Positions 1 through 13,064 of a stretch of DNA of 64,000 nucleotides are shown one piece after another; position 1 is the first letter of the stretch; every line of letters starts with the position of its first letter. Source of the stretch: Camelus dromedarius (taxonomy: Eukaryota); contig NC_087437.1 in NCBI RefSeq assembly GCF_036321535.1, positions 19,098,001-19,162,000 of the forward strand. The letters are read 5' to 3'. The translations under genes and the position numbers were made by a program. The notes beneath the pieces are model-generated. The model was not told the DNA's origin. It saw nothing but the letters and a program-made list of their open reading frames with translations, and did not search any database.

Positions 1-2622
1 ATTTTCGAAACATCACCTGAATCACAGAGAACTGATACCTGCAGATAAACCAAGAGGTTCAATTACACTTAGTTCCCCTGAACAACTCTCTGCATCCACC
101 TCTGCAACTGCATTTTTATGGCCATGATCATGGCAATAAAATCATTTCTCAGCTTTGCCTTGCCATGGTTGATTAAGACTATTAGCTTTGAAAAAATATT
201 CTGGCTCTCTCTGAGAGCCACTCGACATTTCAGTGAACAAAGACATTTATTCACCTTAATGAGTTTTTTGCCCTTAGCCGTGGCATGGTTGATATTTTCC
301 TCTATGAAAAGAAAATCAGCCTCAAGTTTGAAAACCTAGACCAGCATCTTCTTCCTATGAAGCCAGCACACATATGTGTAGCAAAGCAAGTTTAAAAAAA
401 AAGAAGCAACTTTTCATTTTGTTATAAAGTGGGCCTAAGAGACAAGTATTCAAATTGTTAAGTTTTCTAAACTAATTTTTTTAAAACAACTTTATTGTGG
501 TATAATTCCTGTACACATTTCAGATGTATAATTTGATGAATTTTGATAGATGTATACACCTATGAAACCACCGCCACAGTCAAGAACGCTAGCATTTCCA
601 TCACTCTCCAACAGGTGCAAGTTTTGAACTCCCAATTTATCCCTTCCCACTCCCTTTACCTGTTGGTAACCACGAGTCTGTTCTCTATATCTGTGAGTCT
701 GTTTCTGTTTTATAAACAAGTTCATTTGTGTCTTTTTCTAAAGATTCCACATATAAGTGATATCATACAATATTTTTCTTTCTGTTTCTGACTTACTTCA
801 CTTAGAATTACAGTCTCCAGATCCAACCATGTTGCTGCAAATAGCATTATTTTACTCTTCTTTATGGCCGAGTAGTATTCCATTGTATAAATATATCACA
901 TCTTTTTTATCCAACCATCTGTTGATGGAAATTTAGGTTGTTTCCATGTCTTGGCTATTGTAGATAGTGCTGCTGTGAACATTGAGGTGTGTATGTCTTT
1001 TCAAATTGTACTTTTCTCTCAATATATGCCCAGGAATGGGATTACTGGATCATATGGTAAGTTTATTTTTAGTTTTTTAAGGAACCTCCGCACTGTCCTC
1101 TGTAGTGGCTGCACCAATTTACATTCCCACCAACAGTGTAGGAGGGTTCCTTTTTCTCCACACTCTCTCCAGAATTTATCATTTGTAGATTTTTATGATG
1201 GCCATTCTGACTAGTGTGAGGTGATACCTCATTGTAATTTTGATTTGCATTTCTCTGATGATTAGACATTGAGCATTTTTTCATGTGCCTAGTGGCCATT
1301 TATATATCTTCACTGGAGAATTGCTGGTTTAGGTCTTCTGCCCATTTTTGGGTTGGGTTGTTTGTTTTTTGTTGTTGGATTGTATGAGCTGTTTGTATAT
1401 TCTGGAAATTAAGCCCTTGTCAGTCACATCATTTGCAAATATTTTCTCCCATTCTGTAGGTTGTCTTTTCATTTTGTTGATGGTATCCTTAGCTGTGCAA
1501 AATCTTTTAAGTTTAATTAGACCCCATTTGTTTATTTTTGCTTTTATTTCCATTATCTAGGAGCTGGTTCAGAAAAAATATTTCTGTGATTTATGTCAAA
1601 GAGTGTTCTGCCTATGTTTTCCTCTAGGAGTTTTATAGTATCTGGTCTTACATTAGGTCTTTAATCCATATTGGGTTTATTTTTGTATATGGTGTTAGAG
1701 AATGTTCTAATTTCAGTCTTTTACAGGTAGCTGTCCAGTTTTCCCAGCACCACTTATTGAATAAACTAAATTTTGATGGAAAGTTTACCACTTAGAACTC
1801 AAGAGCAGACCTTTAATAGTATGCTCCATGTTTGACGTAGGTTCCAGGAACATTCATCTTATGTGATAGTACCTGGGGCCAACTTTTTCTGCCATTCTGC
1901 CCACAGGAGGTTTGGCTCACCTGTGCAGGGGCCTGAGCTGCTTATTTCCAGTTGATATTGATCTTTTTGGATGTACACATCTTGATGAGATGTCTTCCCT
2001 TGTTATTTTACCATCAACCACTTTAGAAATTGACATATCACAAATACTCATTAGTGCTGTGGTGAGGAAAGACAGATACAAAGGCCAAATCATCAATATC
2101 TGTGTTTTTATAACCACAGTCTCTCCTAAGCCTTTCAAGTCTGTCTTTTGGAACCCACTACAACTCATTGGTAGACAGTGCAGCTCTCTAAGGACACCTT
2201 TTCCGAATCAGCTGCCTCTTTTTGATACAAATAGAGGTATGGTCCTCTCTACAGGGAAGCCTTTCAAATTCACACCTACTATTCAAGCTGCAACTTCTGG
2301 AGCATTTCTGAAAGAAATCTTTGAGATCCTTTAATTTGCTTTTTTGAGTTTGTTTTTCACTATGATATTCTTAGTCAAGTCTTCTTTCTTTTAGGTTTTA
2401 AAATTATTTTGTGGGTTTTTTCCTTTGAAATTGCATACTTGAATTTTTCAGTGCTGATGTGTGGAAATGGCTTTCATACTGTTATTTTGTGTGTGCATTT
2501 GCAATTCCGCTAAAATAAAACTCCATTGAAATAAAACCTGCCTCAATTTACCCTGCTCAGTATTTTAGGGAGTTGCTCACTACCAGTTCACTAGATGTGG
2601 CTGGAGCAGAGCGCTGGCCCTG
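1..2622 (-). mobile_element. Degenerate hAT-like DNA transposon remnant (internally deleted), split by an L1 insertion
   Basis: The minus strand starts CAGGGCC (2616-2622), like hAT-Tip100 termini. The minus ORF 69-254 (ESQNIFSKL...KLRNDFIAMIMAIK) resembles the hAT C-terminal dimerisation motif, and 1917-2168 (ALMSICDMSISK..DGK..EDI) resembles a decayed N-terminal Zn-finger. Judged by eye only; the other end lies outside the window. Confidence 0.4.
481..1761 (-). mobile_element. LINE-1 3' portion (ORF2 C-terminus plus 3'UTR), preceded by a short older L1M 3'-end piece at ~481-610
   Basis: Minus ORF 1329-1553 ([38 protein letters not shown]) is typical L1 ORF2. The flanks taaactaatttt (468-479) and taaactaaatttt (1762-1774) look like a TSD. 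Confidence 0.92.
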
Positions 2623-3589
2623 GTAGCTGTCATGGTCATGTGGTGGGCCTCAAGGTCAACAGCACATCTGTTATGACCGTGTGACTCATTCTATTCTGAA
2701 CTTGCCCCAATAGCATCATAGTTTTACTGGTTACAAGCTTATGCTTCAGGTCTCCTATTTTTAACCACTGTCCCATGTTCTACTTTCAAAACATAATTTT
2801 AAAATTACTATACTTTAAAAAGAGAAATGAAAAATAACCCTAACCCCAGAACTGCTGGTCTCTGTGTTTGGGGAGAATTTGCTGTGGTGGGAAGTGGAAA
2901 GATGCCCAGTGATGTTTGTAAACAGAATACTTGATCAAGAGGAACCAAGGCAGGCAGCTGAACAGATTTAGGAGGTTCATGGGTCTATGTAGTCAAAGTG
3001 AAAATAAAACTGGTTTCTGAGTTGGCAGACTCCTTTTTCAGAACATTTCAGAGAATTGCTGAGAAAACACATGCCCTGTCCAGCCCTAGCCTGTGGCTGA
3101 GACACTGGCCAAATCTGTTTTTGCTGCAGCAGTGAACTTGGTTCACTTGAACTAGAAGGTACTGGCTTTCCAAGGGAAAGCTAGGCTAACCAAGAGAACT
3201 GAATTTTTCTATCTCTCACTGCACACACCACTTTTCTGTTTTCTAAGCCTTTGGAAAAAATGACTCAGATCAGCAGAGAGCAGTAAGATTTTGCTGATTT
3301 TACTTGGGCATCTATTACACAAACTCTTTTTATTTTGGAATTTGCTCAAAACACATTCAAGTTTTTAAAAAAATAATATGTGCCCACTGTTAAAACTCAA
3401 ACAATACAGAACTCTGGCAAAAAAATTGACATTCTTCCCTTTCCTTACACTTAATACTCTCATCCCCTCATCCCATCCTTCAGATTAATCCCTATCAATA
3501 ATTTGCCATTTATTTTTCTAGATCTTTCTTTCCATCACTTGCTTTTTAATGGTACACATGAACACATGCAGGTATGTCATTTTAACTTA

Positions 3590-4640
3590 AAAAACAAATA
3601 CAGGATCATAATATTTTGCAACTTGCTTTTTTTTTAACTCAGCTGAATGTCTTGGCAACTCCTTTTATTGTCTGATTTGTATCAGAGTATCAGAATTTAA
3701 CCATTTCTTTACTCATTTACACTTGTTTCCAAGTGTTCACTACTACAAAAAACAAAACAAAACAAAACAGTGATCGTACTATGTCTGCGTGTCCTGTGAA
3801 ATTTTGTGTACTTTTTTTTTTTTTCTGTGGGGTAGAGTCCAAAAGTGGAATTGCTGGGTCAATGAGTTTGCAGATTTCAAAAACTGATAGAAGCTGCCAG
3901 ATTGTCTTCTGAAATCGTTGCATCTCTATGTTCCCACCAACAAAGAATGAGAACATCATTCTGTCCAAACCCTTGCCATCTGTAGTTATTATCAATCTTT
4001 AAAATCTTCCCAATCTGATAAGAGAAAAATGACATTTTATAGTTATTTTAATTTGCAATGATCTGTTCATTCAGGAGGCCGAGCCTAATTTCAGATATTT
4101 ATTAACAGTTATTCTCAACTGGGGATGATTTTGTCCCCACACAGCATTTGACAGTGTCTGGAGACATTTTGATTGTTATGACCTGGGGGGTGGGTACAGT
4201 TGACATCTAATGTGTAGAAAGAATTACTGGCCCCAAATGGTAATAGTGCTAAAGTTCAGAAATTCTGGTTAATTATCCATATGTGTTTCTTCTGTGAATT
4301 GCCTCTTGATTATCTTTCTGTTGGGAACTCTTCATATTTTGGAGATATTAATCCTTTCTTTGTTTATTGTATATATTACAAACATTTTCCCCATCTGATA
4401 TTTATATTTAATTCTGGTTTTGATTTCTTTTGCACTAAAGAATTTAAATTTTTTATGTGCACATATCTATTTGTTTTTTCTTTAGGGCATCTTAATTTTG
4501 TAGCGTGCTTGGAAAGTTTTCCTATCCCAAGCATATATAAATATATACCTATATTTTATTCTAGTATTTTTATAACTTTACTCATTTCAATGTTTTTCTT
4601 TAATCTATGTGGAAATTATTTTTGTGTGGCTATGACAAAA
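3590..4640 (-). mobile_element. Old L1M (L1MC/ME-like) ORF2-3'UTR fragments
   Basis: Diverged L1 motifs (agtggaattgctgggtc; DPAIPLL in minus ORF 3717-3995); interrupted by MER20. Confidence 0.65.
4106..4267 (+). mobile_element. MER20 (hAT-Charlie) non-autonomous DNA transposon
   Basis: cagttattctcaactggggatgattttgtcccc...gtctggagacatttttgattgttatgac...ggccccaaatggtaatagtgc matches the recalled MER20 consensus. Confidence 0.75.
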
Positions 4641-5904
4641 CTTTTAAGAACTTTCTGATTAAAAACCTTTTCATTTTTAAATCTATAAATAAGATTGATG
4701 CTGTAGAAAGATAAACCGTGGTTATCCAATGGTAACCTCTGAGTATACCTTCAGAGAGGACAAGTGAAGACCCAAGGAACAAATTTAAACTTCTAAGCAG
4801 TGCCTTGGAAGCCCTCCAATATCTGTCTCCAAACCTTCTTCAAAATTCCTTCCTAACCTGCCACCTCATTCAGAAAGCCTTCCAGGATTCTCCAAATTGC
4901 AAGGATGCTTTTTGCCTTTAATCTCTCAGAGCGTGTTATTAAGTGCTCCTGTTCTGCATAGTTATTTTGCTTTGCTAATTATTTTTTGAGGAAGCCTTTT
5001 CCATCCAACCAGCCAGCCAGCTTCTGGGGTAGGGGGCAGTTTCTGTGTGCCCCAGTTCAGTGCTCCTTACATGATCGGTGTTCAAAAACATTTCTCCAAG
5101 TCAGTGAGAATGTGCTGCCATTCTCAGTGTCTGGCGTGGGTGCCTGAGAATGTCTGTGTTTGTGTGTTGGGGGAGTAGGGATCTAGGATCCCTTTGCTGC
5201 TCCTTGGAAGAAGGAGGGCCTGTGAAGGAGCAGTGAAGGAGCTCTAGCCAGTTCTGATCCCCACTCAGTGTGGCCTCGGGCAGACCCTTCCCTGTTTCAG
5301 TTTCCTCCTCTGAAAAGAAACAGGACTTTAGAGATGGCAAATATAAACTCCATGGGAGTAGGAACTGTGTCTCTTTTTGCCCCACCCCCACCCCAGTCCC
5401 TCCAGCCCCTTGCACAGCACTTGACACTCACTTATCATTTTCAGAATGAGTGGAAGGAAGGAAGGAAAGGAAGGAAGGAAAAGAGTGTCCCTTGTGCCTT
5501 CATGCCCTGTCCCATGCCCCTGCCAGGCATTGCTAACCAGTTAGAACCTTTTCCCCTCTCAATTAGGGTGCGGCTTTTTTTTTTTTTTTTAAAGTATGGC
5601 TGCAACAGACACTGGTAATCAGTTGGTGCTGGTGCCAGAGGGGACATCTGTGAGGAGCCAGCTCTGGGTTAAGAGTCTCCCAGCTCCCTCAGGACCCTGC
5701 CTGGGAGGCGGGAATTGTTTTGTATGTTCTGGTCGCTGCTCTCCCCAAGCGCAGAGGTATGGGTTGGGCAGACACTGTCCCCGGTGCCCCTGCAGGTGGA
5801 CACCGTTCATCCCACCAGGGACCTGCTTTTCTTTATGGGCTTGGATCTCTCATAAAATGAACTGACTGCAAGGGGCCCCTAGGCCTGGGCTTTTTGTAAG
5901 GAAA

Positions 5905-6002
5905 TGGGAACAATTAATGGCCTTATCTGATGAAAAGTAATGCTGCTAATGATTTATTAATTATCCTGAGGCTTATCTTTCTGCTTCTTATTAATCAAAG
6001 AT
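5905..6002. promoter_or_regulatory. Candidate enhancer (AT-rich TF-motif cluster)
   Basis: AACAAT 5909-5914, CTTATCT 5922-5928 and 5972-5978, TGATTTAT 5950-5957, ATCAAAG 5994-6000 and several TAAT cores, set in GC-richer flanks. Confidence 0.35.
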
Positions 6003-6199
6003 GTCCTGGAGCTCTGGGGCTCCACATGAGGGGAGCAGACCTAGACGCAGGCTGGGGGAGGGGCATGTAGGCTGGAGTCAGGTGCCCCTAGCTTCCCTGT
6101 GTCCTGCGCTGGACCACTCCATCCTGGGGGTTAAGCCCTCTCAGATTGTGGGCATGGAGAGCTGAGAGGGACAATGGAGAGGGGGCTGCACGTTGGGTT

Positions 6200-6380
6200 G
6201 GGCACCTACTGTGTGCCAGCCACCATGCCTGCATTATAGGCATCCCTCATTCCAGACCTACCAAGGAGGAATTATTATTCTCACCTCTTCAATGAGGAAA
6301 CTAAGGCCAAGAGATGTTAAGGAAGTTGCCCAAGTTATATTGTTAGAAATGATGGTAGGGTTTCAACCCGGGTATGTCTG
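6200..6380 (-). mobile_element. MIR SINE
   Basis: Core aatgaggaaactaaggccaagagatgttaaggaagttgcccaag is the reverse of the MIR core. Confidence 0.75.
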
Positions 6381-6896
6381 CCCGTAGAGTGGAGGCCTTT
6401 CAACTGGAAAGGCCTAAATGAGAATAGAATGAGCCCAGGGCAGCACTGAAGGCCCAGCTCTGCAGTATGTGTTCTGGGGCCACAAGACTGGGTGGTGGGC
6501 AGGGCACAGTTCTTTCCTTGGGCCTCAAGTCTTCTGCTATCTCATGAGTGAGACAAGATTCATATGCAGGAAACAGGAAACAGGGAGGGACCCCTGGGCT
6601 CAGGGCACACCTGCATGGATGACCAGCCTTCCCGAGGAGCAAGCTTAGTCCCAGGATGTTGGTGCTGGTGGCAGTGCTTCATGGGAACAGAGGTGTGTTG
6701 GGTGGGACTGGATAGATAGGATGCTCTGGGGAGGGCTTTGACTGTGCTTATTGGGCAGGAGAACAAAGAGGAGCACAGACTAACTGCCACTAGGGGAGGC
6801 AGCCATGGAAGGAAGGGAAGAGGGACCATTACCGTTGGGGCCTAGGAGCTGATGGCTCCTGCCCTCCATGACCTTTGTCTTTTTTTTTAACTAACC

Positions 6897-7041
6897 TTTT
6901 TTTTTTTTTTCAGGAGTGGGGAGGTAATTCAGTTTATTTATTTATTCATTTATTTATTTTTTAACTGGAGGTGCTGGGGATTGAACCCAGGACCTCGTGC
7001 TTGCTAAGCATGCTCTCTACCACTGAGCTGTACCCTCCCCC
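6897..7041 (-). mobile_element. tRNA-Ala-derived SINE (camelid Vic-1 type), long-tail form
   Basis: Reverse complement reads GGGGAGGGTACAGCTCAGTGGTAGAGAGCATGCTTAGCAAGCACGAGGTCCTGGGTTCAATCCCCAGCACCTCC, then (AAAT)n, aattacctcccc and an A tail. Confidence 0.9.
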
Positions 7042-7089
7042 AGTGAAGCCAGCAGCAGACATCTTGAGTGGTCAGATGCTAACATGTGA

Positions 7090-7370
7090 GGATGTGAGTG
7101 TGTGTGTGCCCATGAGTGAATATTCGTATTTATGTGTGTGAGTGTGTATACATGTGACAGCATGTGTTCCTATGTAAGATTCTATGGAAGCATCTGAATA
7201 GCCGTGTAAGTGAGAATGTTTTATGTGTCTGTGTGAGAGCGTGCCAACATTTGTGTGTGTTTGCGTGAGTGTGCGTTGGTGTGTGTGGGAGGGAGCTCTG
7301 TGAACGGGTGTGAGTATATGTGTGGATGTTAGTGTCTGTCAGCCTTTGTTCTTGTGTGAAGGTGAGTTTG
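7090..7370. repeat. Degenerate GT-rich low-complexity tract
   Basis: Interrupted (TG)n runs. Confidence 0.75.
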
Positions 7371-9539
7371 TGGGGTGCTTTGGGGCTTCGGGCAATATGA
7401 GTTCTTGTCTGCTGTGGCAGAAGGGGTGGGCAGAGCTAGGGGAGGGCAGGGGAGGCCGAGAGGCTCTGCAGGACCCTGGGCAAAGGAGCTGAGCACCCCT
7501 CCCTTTCTGGCCCTTAGCTGAGGTGCTGGCGCAGGAGCCAGACTGGGGCGCCTCAGGCGGGGCTGGGGGAGGGTATTTAGGTGAGCCCTCAGGTGTCTAC
7601 CTGTGACCTGGGAGCCTCTGCAGTCTTGGACTTTTAGGTGACTGGTGGACACTATGGGGAGCTCCAGGGAAGGGAGAGAGGCCACCCAAGGAGCTCAGAG
7701 TCGCCATCTGTGGGTCCCCTCTCCCTCCCTGTCAGCTTTCAGTGGCCCTGGGGCTGCCCCTTCCCTGCCTCTGGTATGGTGTGAGTAACCATAGTAGTGA
7801 GCTGTACAGTTTTGGTGGGACCTGGTGCCAGGGCCCCTGGGCAGGGAAGGTGGCCATGGAACTACATATAGGGTGGTGATGTCCTCCACAGCTCACCTCA
7901 GTCCACCCAGGTCGGGCAAAGGTCCTTGGCTCCTGAGGTCACCTCAGTCAACCAATCTCCATCCTCCATGGAGGTCGGCTGAGTCAAAGATCTACACAGC
8001 TGAAGCCAGCTCTCTCAAGAACACCCCTTCCCATAGTGGCCAGCCACACAAAACATTTCCTAGGACAGTAACCACCTTTTACTCAGCAGAGTACTTAAAC
8101 ACTTCATGACAGCCCGTCTTGTGGAGACAAGGTCAGGTAGGAGAGGCGCTGGGAGTAGGAATGCAGGGGCTCCTCCTCGTGGTCCTGGGCGGACCTGCCT
8201 TCGGCTCTGTTGATGGCCCTCTTGTCCATTCTTATCCCGTCTGTCCTCCCTGCTGTCTGTGGGGCTGGCCCTCCCAGCCCCTGCATCCTACTCTCAGCCG
8301 GCCTTGTTGACTCAGGATCTGGATCTGCTCCGGTTGGCGTGGGAGGCCCCATGTGGAGTGGTCGTGTGTCCACCGCAGCCCCCAGCCCCCAGCCCCCCAC
8401 CCAGGTTGGTCCCCTGCTCTCAGAGATGCTGTCCTGTCTGCTCCTGGCCCAGAGGCAGTAGTGGGAAGGGCTGCCACCTGCCTGCATCCGGGTGGGCCTG
8501 GCTCTCTTTAAGCAGTTGGGCTCCAGCTGCAAACTCCCAAACACATACTTCGGGAGGTCAGCCTGGCCTGCGGCTGGGGCATTCCATTATTTTGGTGACA
8601 TATCTTTGAACATGCTGCAATTCCTGCAGCCCCAGCTCAGGCCCCAGTCCCAGCTGCAGAGCTGTCTAGATACTAGGGGAGTGTTGGAGGAGTGCTCAGC
8701 CCTAGACTAGTTCCTGGGCAGGAAAAGGAGGTACCGATGCAGGGGGACTGTGCCTGGAAGCCCCTAGCACCTCATTTGGCCTAAGCACTGCCCTCAGCCC
8801 TTCTCTTCAAAGGCAAATTCCTTGGTAGAGTAATATATGAGAGTAATATACGAGATCCTTAATACCTGAGCACAGGAGACATTTTCTATCCTTTCCTCCA
8901 GCAGTGCGAAGATGAGGAAGCCCTGGAAAGGGAGAAACTAGTATTGGTCTGCTCTACAGTTTTTATTTTTATTTTTCCTTAATCCATACCTGTCTTTACT
9001 TCTGATTCCAAAAGACCTGTTTATAAAAAGTCCTTTGCAGATGGTCTGTTTTGAAGTATTGAAAATGACAATCTAGACAGGGAAAGAATAGATAAGTTGT
9101 TCTTAACCCCTACCTGGCTATTATTTGCTGGGTGACAATCAACAAATGCCTTAACCTTTCTGAGCCCCAGTTCAAAGAGCTACCATATCACCATTGCCAT
9201 GACCCCTCTAGTCCGTGACTTGGGGCCCTGTCTATTCTCATGGGCACAGGGCACCCTTGCTTGTGATTGGGACTCCTGCTGCCTGCTGGGCTGGAGGGAG
9301 GATGTGCTGCCTGATGAACGTGCAAACGTACCAGTGTGAGAATGGTGTTGATCACCAGCCCCAGCCACGAGCACCCAGCCAACCACAAGCTCTCGTGTCT
9401 ATGGGATGTTCCAAGCTGAGGCTGGTTTGGGAAGCAGCTCTTTCCCCCGAAACTCATCATCTGTTGTATATTAACAGTGCTAGAACTCTGGAGATGACTG
9501 ACTACAGTGCAGATGGTTGCTTTCTTCTTTTGAGCAAAG

Positions 9540-9730
9540 GGAATGCATTTATTAAACACCTGCTCTCAACAGGGTGCTCTACGTGCTCACTGCATCCTTA
9601 TTACCAAACAGGCACTTGAGCTTTCAATTCCCGGGTGAGGAAATTGAGGCTCAGAGAGGTTAAATAATTTGCCTGGAATTATCTAAGGAGGCATTGGCTG
9701 GAATAGGATGTGAACCTAGGTCTGTCTCAC
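9540..9730 (-). mobile_element. MIR SINE
   Basis: gaggaaattgaggctcagagaggttaaataatttgcc...tgaacctaggtctgtct. Confidence 0.8.
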
Positions 9731-10872
9731 TTTTTCCCCTATTGCTTCTTTGGGACTATCTGATACCTATCAAGCTGTCACTTGAGAAGAGAGAGAGAGA
9801 AATCCGTGTTCTCCCATGGTGTCTGTGCCTTCTCCACCAGTTTTATGAGCACCCACTGTGGCCCCTCTTCTCCCCCAGCACACTAGATCCCAGGCTTCCC
9901 TGAGGTCCCCTGGTCTGGGAGAAGGGTATTGGCCAACTTCTTCCCACGATGATATTAGAGGTATAGGTTGTCACTGCTGTCCAGTGGGGGAGCATTTTAA
10001 AAGAAACTCTTAAGAAGGCAATGCTTAATCTAGGAGAAAAATATTTCATTGGTGGAATTTCAGGCAGCAGAAAAGATAGAAGAGATTGATTTGGACAATG
10101 TGACTTTCTCAGGCTCTCAGATGACACCAGAGCACTCCACCTCCATGGAAAGCTAGTCTATTCCTGAGTGTGGGCTGGCCTCCTTTGGCTGAGTGTCAGA
10201 AAACTTCTTTCCATGGCTTCTCCCCTGCCTAGAATTCTCATTCACATGCAAAAATCAAAGTCAGTCTTAGCAAATAAAAAAGGACACAGAGATGTTAAAT
10301 ATGCACAAGTCATAGCCCTGGTTCTTGACTGTGGTCCTGCTGGCCTTGGGTAGTGCTCCTTCCCCTCTCTGGGCTTTGGTATCTTCATGTGTAAAATGTG
10401 TGGGTTGGATTAGTCACAGCTGTCTTGTTGACAGATGACAAGGTCAGTGCATTGGCTGGTGTAAGTGACAAGTCCAGGGTAGCTCTGGCTTCATGCAAGG
10501 ATGGGTCTAGGGGGCCGGGGGGTTCCCACATGTGATCGAGTCTCAGGCTCTCTCTGTCTCTGCTTCCCTCTGACTGCCTGTCCTACTCCCTTGATTCTGC
10601 CTTGCCCCTCCTTCTCCCAAGTGACCCTGCTGCCTTTAATGTCCCTGTCAAGGTAGAGCCAAGCCTGCCCTCCCTCACCCCCTAAGGGCCCTCCTGTTTC
10701 ATGCATTGCAAATATTCTTATGGCTGCAAAAGGAATACCCTTTTAGTGCCAGCACAAACCAGGTGCTGGGCTTGCTGTCATCAGCCTGGCTGCTGAGTTA
10801 CTTGGAGATGTAGGTACTTTGTAAGTGCCGTTTTCTGGTCTGAGTAATACAGGGTGGAAAGAAGGGAGCTCT

Positions 10873-11520
10873 CAGGGGTGGGCCACTCCTAACCTTTGGA
10901 GGCCTATGGCAAGAGTACAAATGTAGGGGAGGTCCTCATACCACATGTCTTTATGTTTAAAAGTTATAAATCAAGCTAACAAAGTTAAGTAAAATATGTT
11001 TCTTTCCTTTACCTTGACAAATGCTCCTTTGTAATGATCTAGAAGGCTGGATTTAAATTTAGAATTTTCAGACTCCTTTGAATTCTACGCTGGAATGCAG
11101 CAGCTTCGGGCTAGCCAGCCCCCAGCCCACGGCCCACCCCTGTTCTCGTCCCACCCCGGCTCAGCCCTGCTCTGTGAGGGGTCTTGCATACAGGTCTGTG
11201 GACACTGTCCAGGCTGTGGAGACACCCTCACACAGCCACCCTTGGTCATCTCATGGGTCAAGAGATACACACACCAGGGACTCATTTTGCCATTGGAGGA
11301 CAGAATCAGGGAAGATGCTGACTCAGGCCCTGGAGGGAGGTGCAGGGAATTCCAGAGTCCTGGGGACCTGGAGTGTGTTCTAGAAGGGGGTCCCATGTAG
11401 GTGGTCATGCCCTGTTAGACCTGTGGACTCTTCACTCTGGGAGCAGGGGTACAGCCAGAGAAGGGCCAGGGCAGTGTCATGTAAAGTAGGGGTGGGGGTC
11501 TGGGGCAGAAGCGCCCCTTG
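10873..11520 (+). mobile_element. MER115/Zaphod-type hAT-Tip100 DNA transposon
   Basis: Begins CAGGGG and ends gcgcccctt. Internal tttaaaagttataaatcaagctaac...ccttgacaaat...aaatttagaattttcagactcc and gggaattccagagtcctgggga match the recalled MER115 consensus. Confidence 0.7.
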
Positions 11521-12454
11521 GCTGAGTCTGAGTCTGCTCAGGTCGGTGGGTGGACTTGGGGTGACAGAGCTGAGTCCCTTAGGAAGCAGAGCCTCTGAAA
11601 TGGAGATGCAGGAACTGTGATGATTATCAATTTGAGGGACTGACCCCCAAACTGGTCATCAGTGTTACTAGTGACATCCAGGGCTTGCTTGTACCGTGTG
11701 TTTACAGTTGTTTATGGTAAGTGGATCTCAGTGAGCTGCTCACGGGAGCAGAGGAGCAGGATGGTGGATTGGCGGCTTCAGCTGAGGTGCCATGATAAAA
11801 TGGAGATCAGACACCCAAGTGGGTGGTGAGGCAGCCCAAGATAGATATGCGTTTTTCAAAGGGAGTCTGAAGAACTGGTTTAATAACTCTAAAAAAAACA
11901 CTGCGTCCTGGAAGGAGTTGAAGAAGAAAAGGAGATTTTGGTGAGGAGGATTTTGGAGAGATCTGGAGTAGGTGAGCCCTGGACTGGGCAGTGGGACATG
12001 TCTGCCCTCACCTCGAGCTGGTGGGAGGGCTTCAAGGCTCACTGAAAGAGTCCAGAGGGTCACATGGCCTGTGGCAGAGAGTGAGGGTTGTGTCTGGGAA
12101 TTGTCAGTCAGGCTTTGTGAGTGCTTTCTGTGGATCAGGTTGCAGCATATACGGGGGAACCTGCCTGGAGCCACTGGGCTGCTACCCAAGAGTTCTGCCT
12201 GGAAGGGGTCTCTGAAACCAGCTCCGCCACATGTGAATCCAGGTCTCATCTCCTAGACACAATCCCCTCAACAAGCCTGGGGGCAGAGGCTGCTAGTTTC
12301 CTCCAGTATCCACTCTACCCTTATTCCACAGCAATAAGATTTGTAGCTGGGGACAAGACTATACAACTGGAAACTGTGTTTCTTAGCTTCCCTTGTAGCT
12401 AAGGGGTGATGTCACTAAGTTCTCACCAGTGGATTGTGAACAGAAAAGGTGCAT

Positions 12455-13064
12455 GAGGGCTATGCTGGTAATTGTTTAACAAGCAGCTATTCGTAAGCCA
12501 GAAAGAGAAAGAAAAATACCATATGATATCACGCATATGTGGAACCAAAATAAATGAAGACACAAATGAATTTATTTACAAAACAGAAACAGACTTACAG
12601 TCATAGAAAACAAACATGGTTACTAGGGGGGAAGGGGGTGGGAAGGGATAAACTGGGAGTTCAAGATTTGCAAATACCAACTATTATCTACACAATAGAT
12701 ACACAAGTTTCTACTGTATGGCACGGGGAACTATATTCAATATCTTGTGGTAACCTATAATGAAAAAATATGAAAATGAATATATGTATGTATATGTATG
12801 ACTGAAACATTATGCTGTACACCGGGAATTGACACATTGTAAACTGACTATACGTCAATAAAAATAAAAATTTTAAACAAACGAACGAACGAAAACGCTC
12901 AAGCAGCTCTTCAGGGAAAATCAAGCCCTGATTGTAGTGTTTGCCCATTTCCATGCTATAAATATGGCCACCAAGGCTGATTTCAAGCTACAAATACAAG
13001 TTGGGAAGAGATATGCACAATCATGCCTTGGAACCAGTGGGATCCAGCTCCGGCACATAACTGG
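12455..13064 (-). mobile_element. MER63A (hAT-Blackjack), split by an L1 3' end
   Basis: tgctggtaattgtttaacaa...agccctgattgtagtgtttgcc...gatttcaagcta...gttgggaagagat...ctccggcacataactgg is the reverse of the recalled MER63A consensus. Confidence 0.75.
12493..12899 (+). mobile_element. Young L1 3'UTR fragment with A-rich tail
   Basis: gtaagccagaaagagaaagaaaaataccatatg...aataaaaataaaaa; TSD caagcagctattc (12480-12492) / caagcagctcttc (12900-12912). Confidence 0.92.

Noticed and set aside
8828..8853. 13-bp tandem duplication gagtaatata(t/c)ga
   Set aside because: Two copies only; an ordinary slippage duplication.
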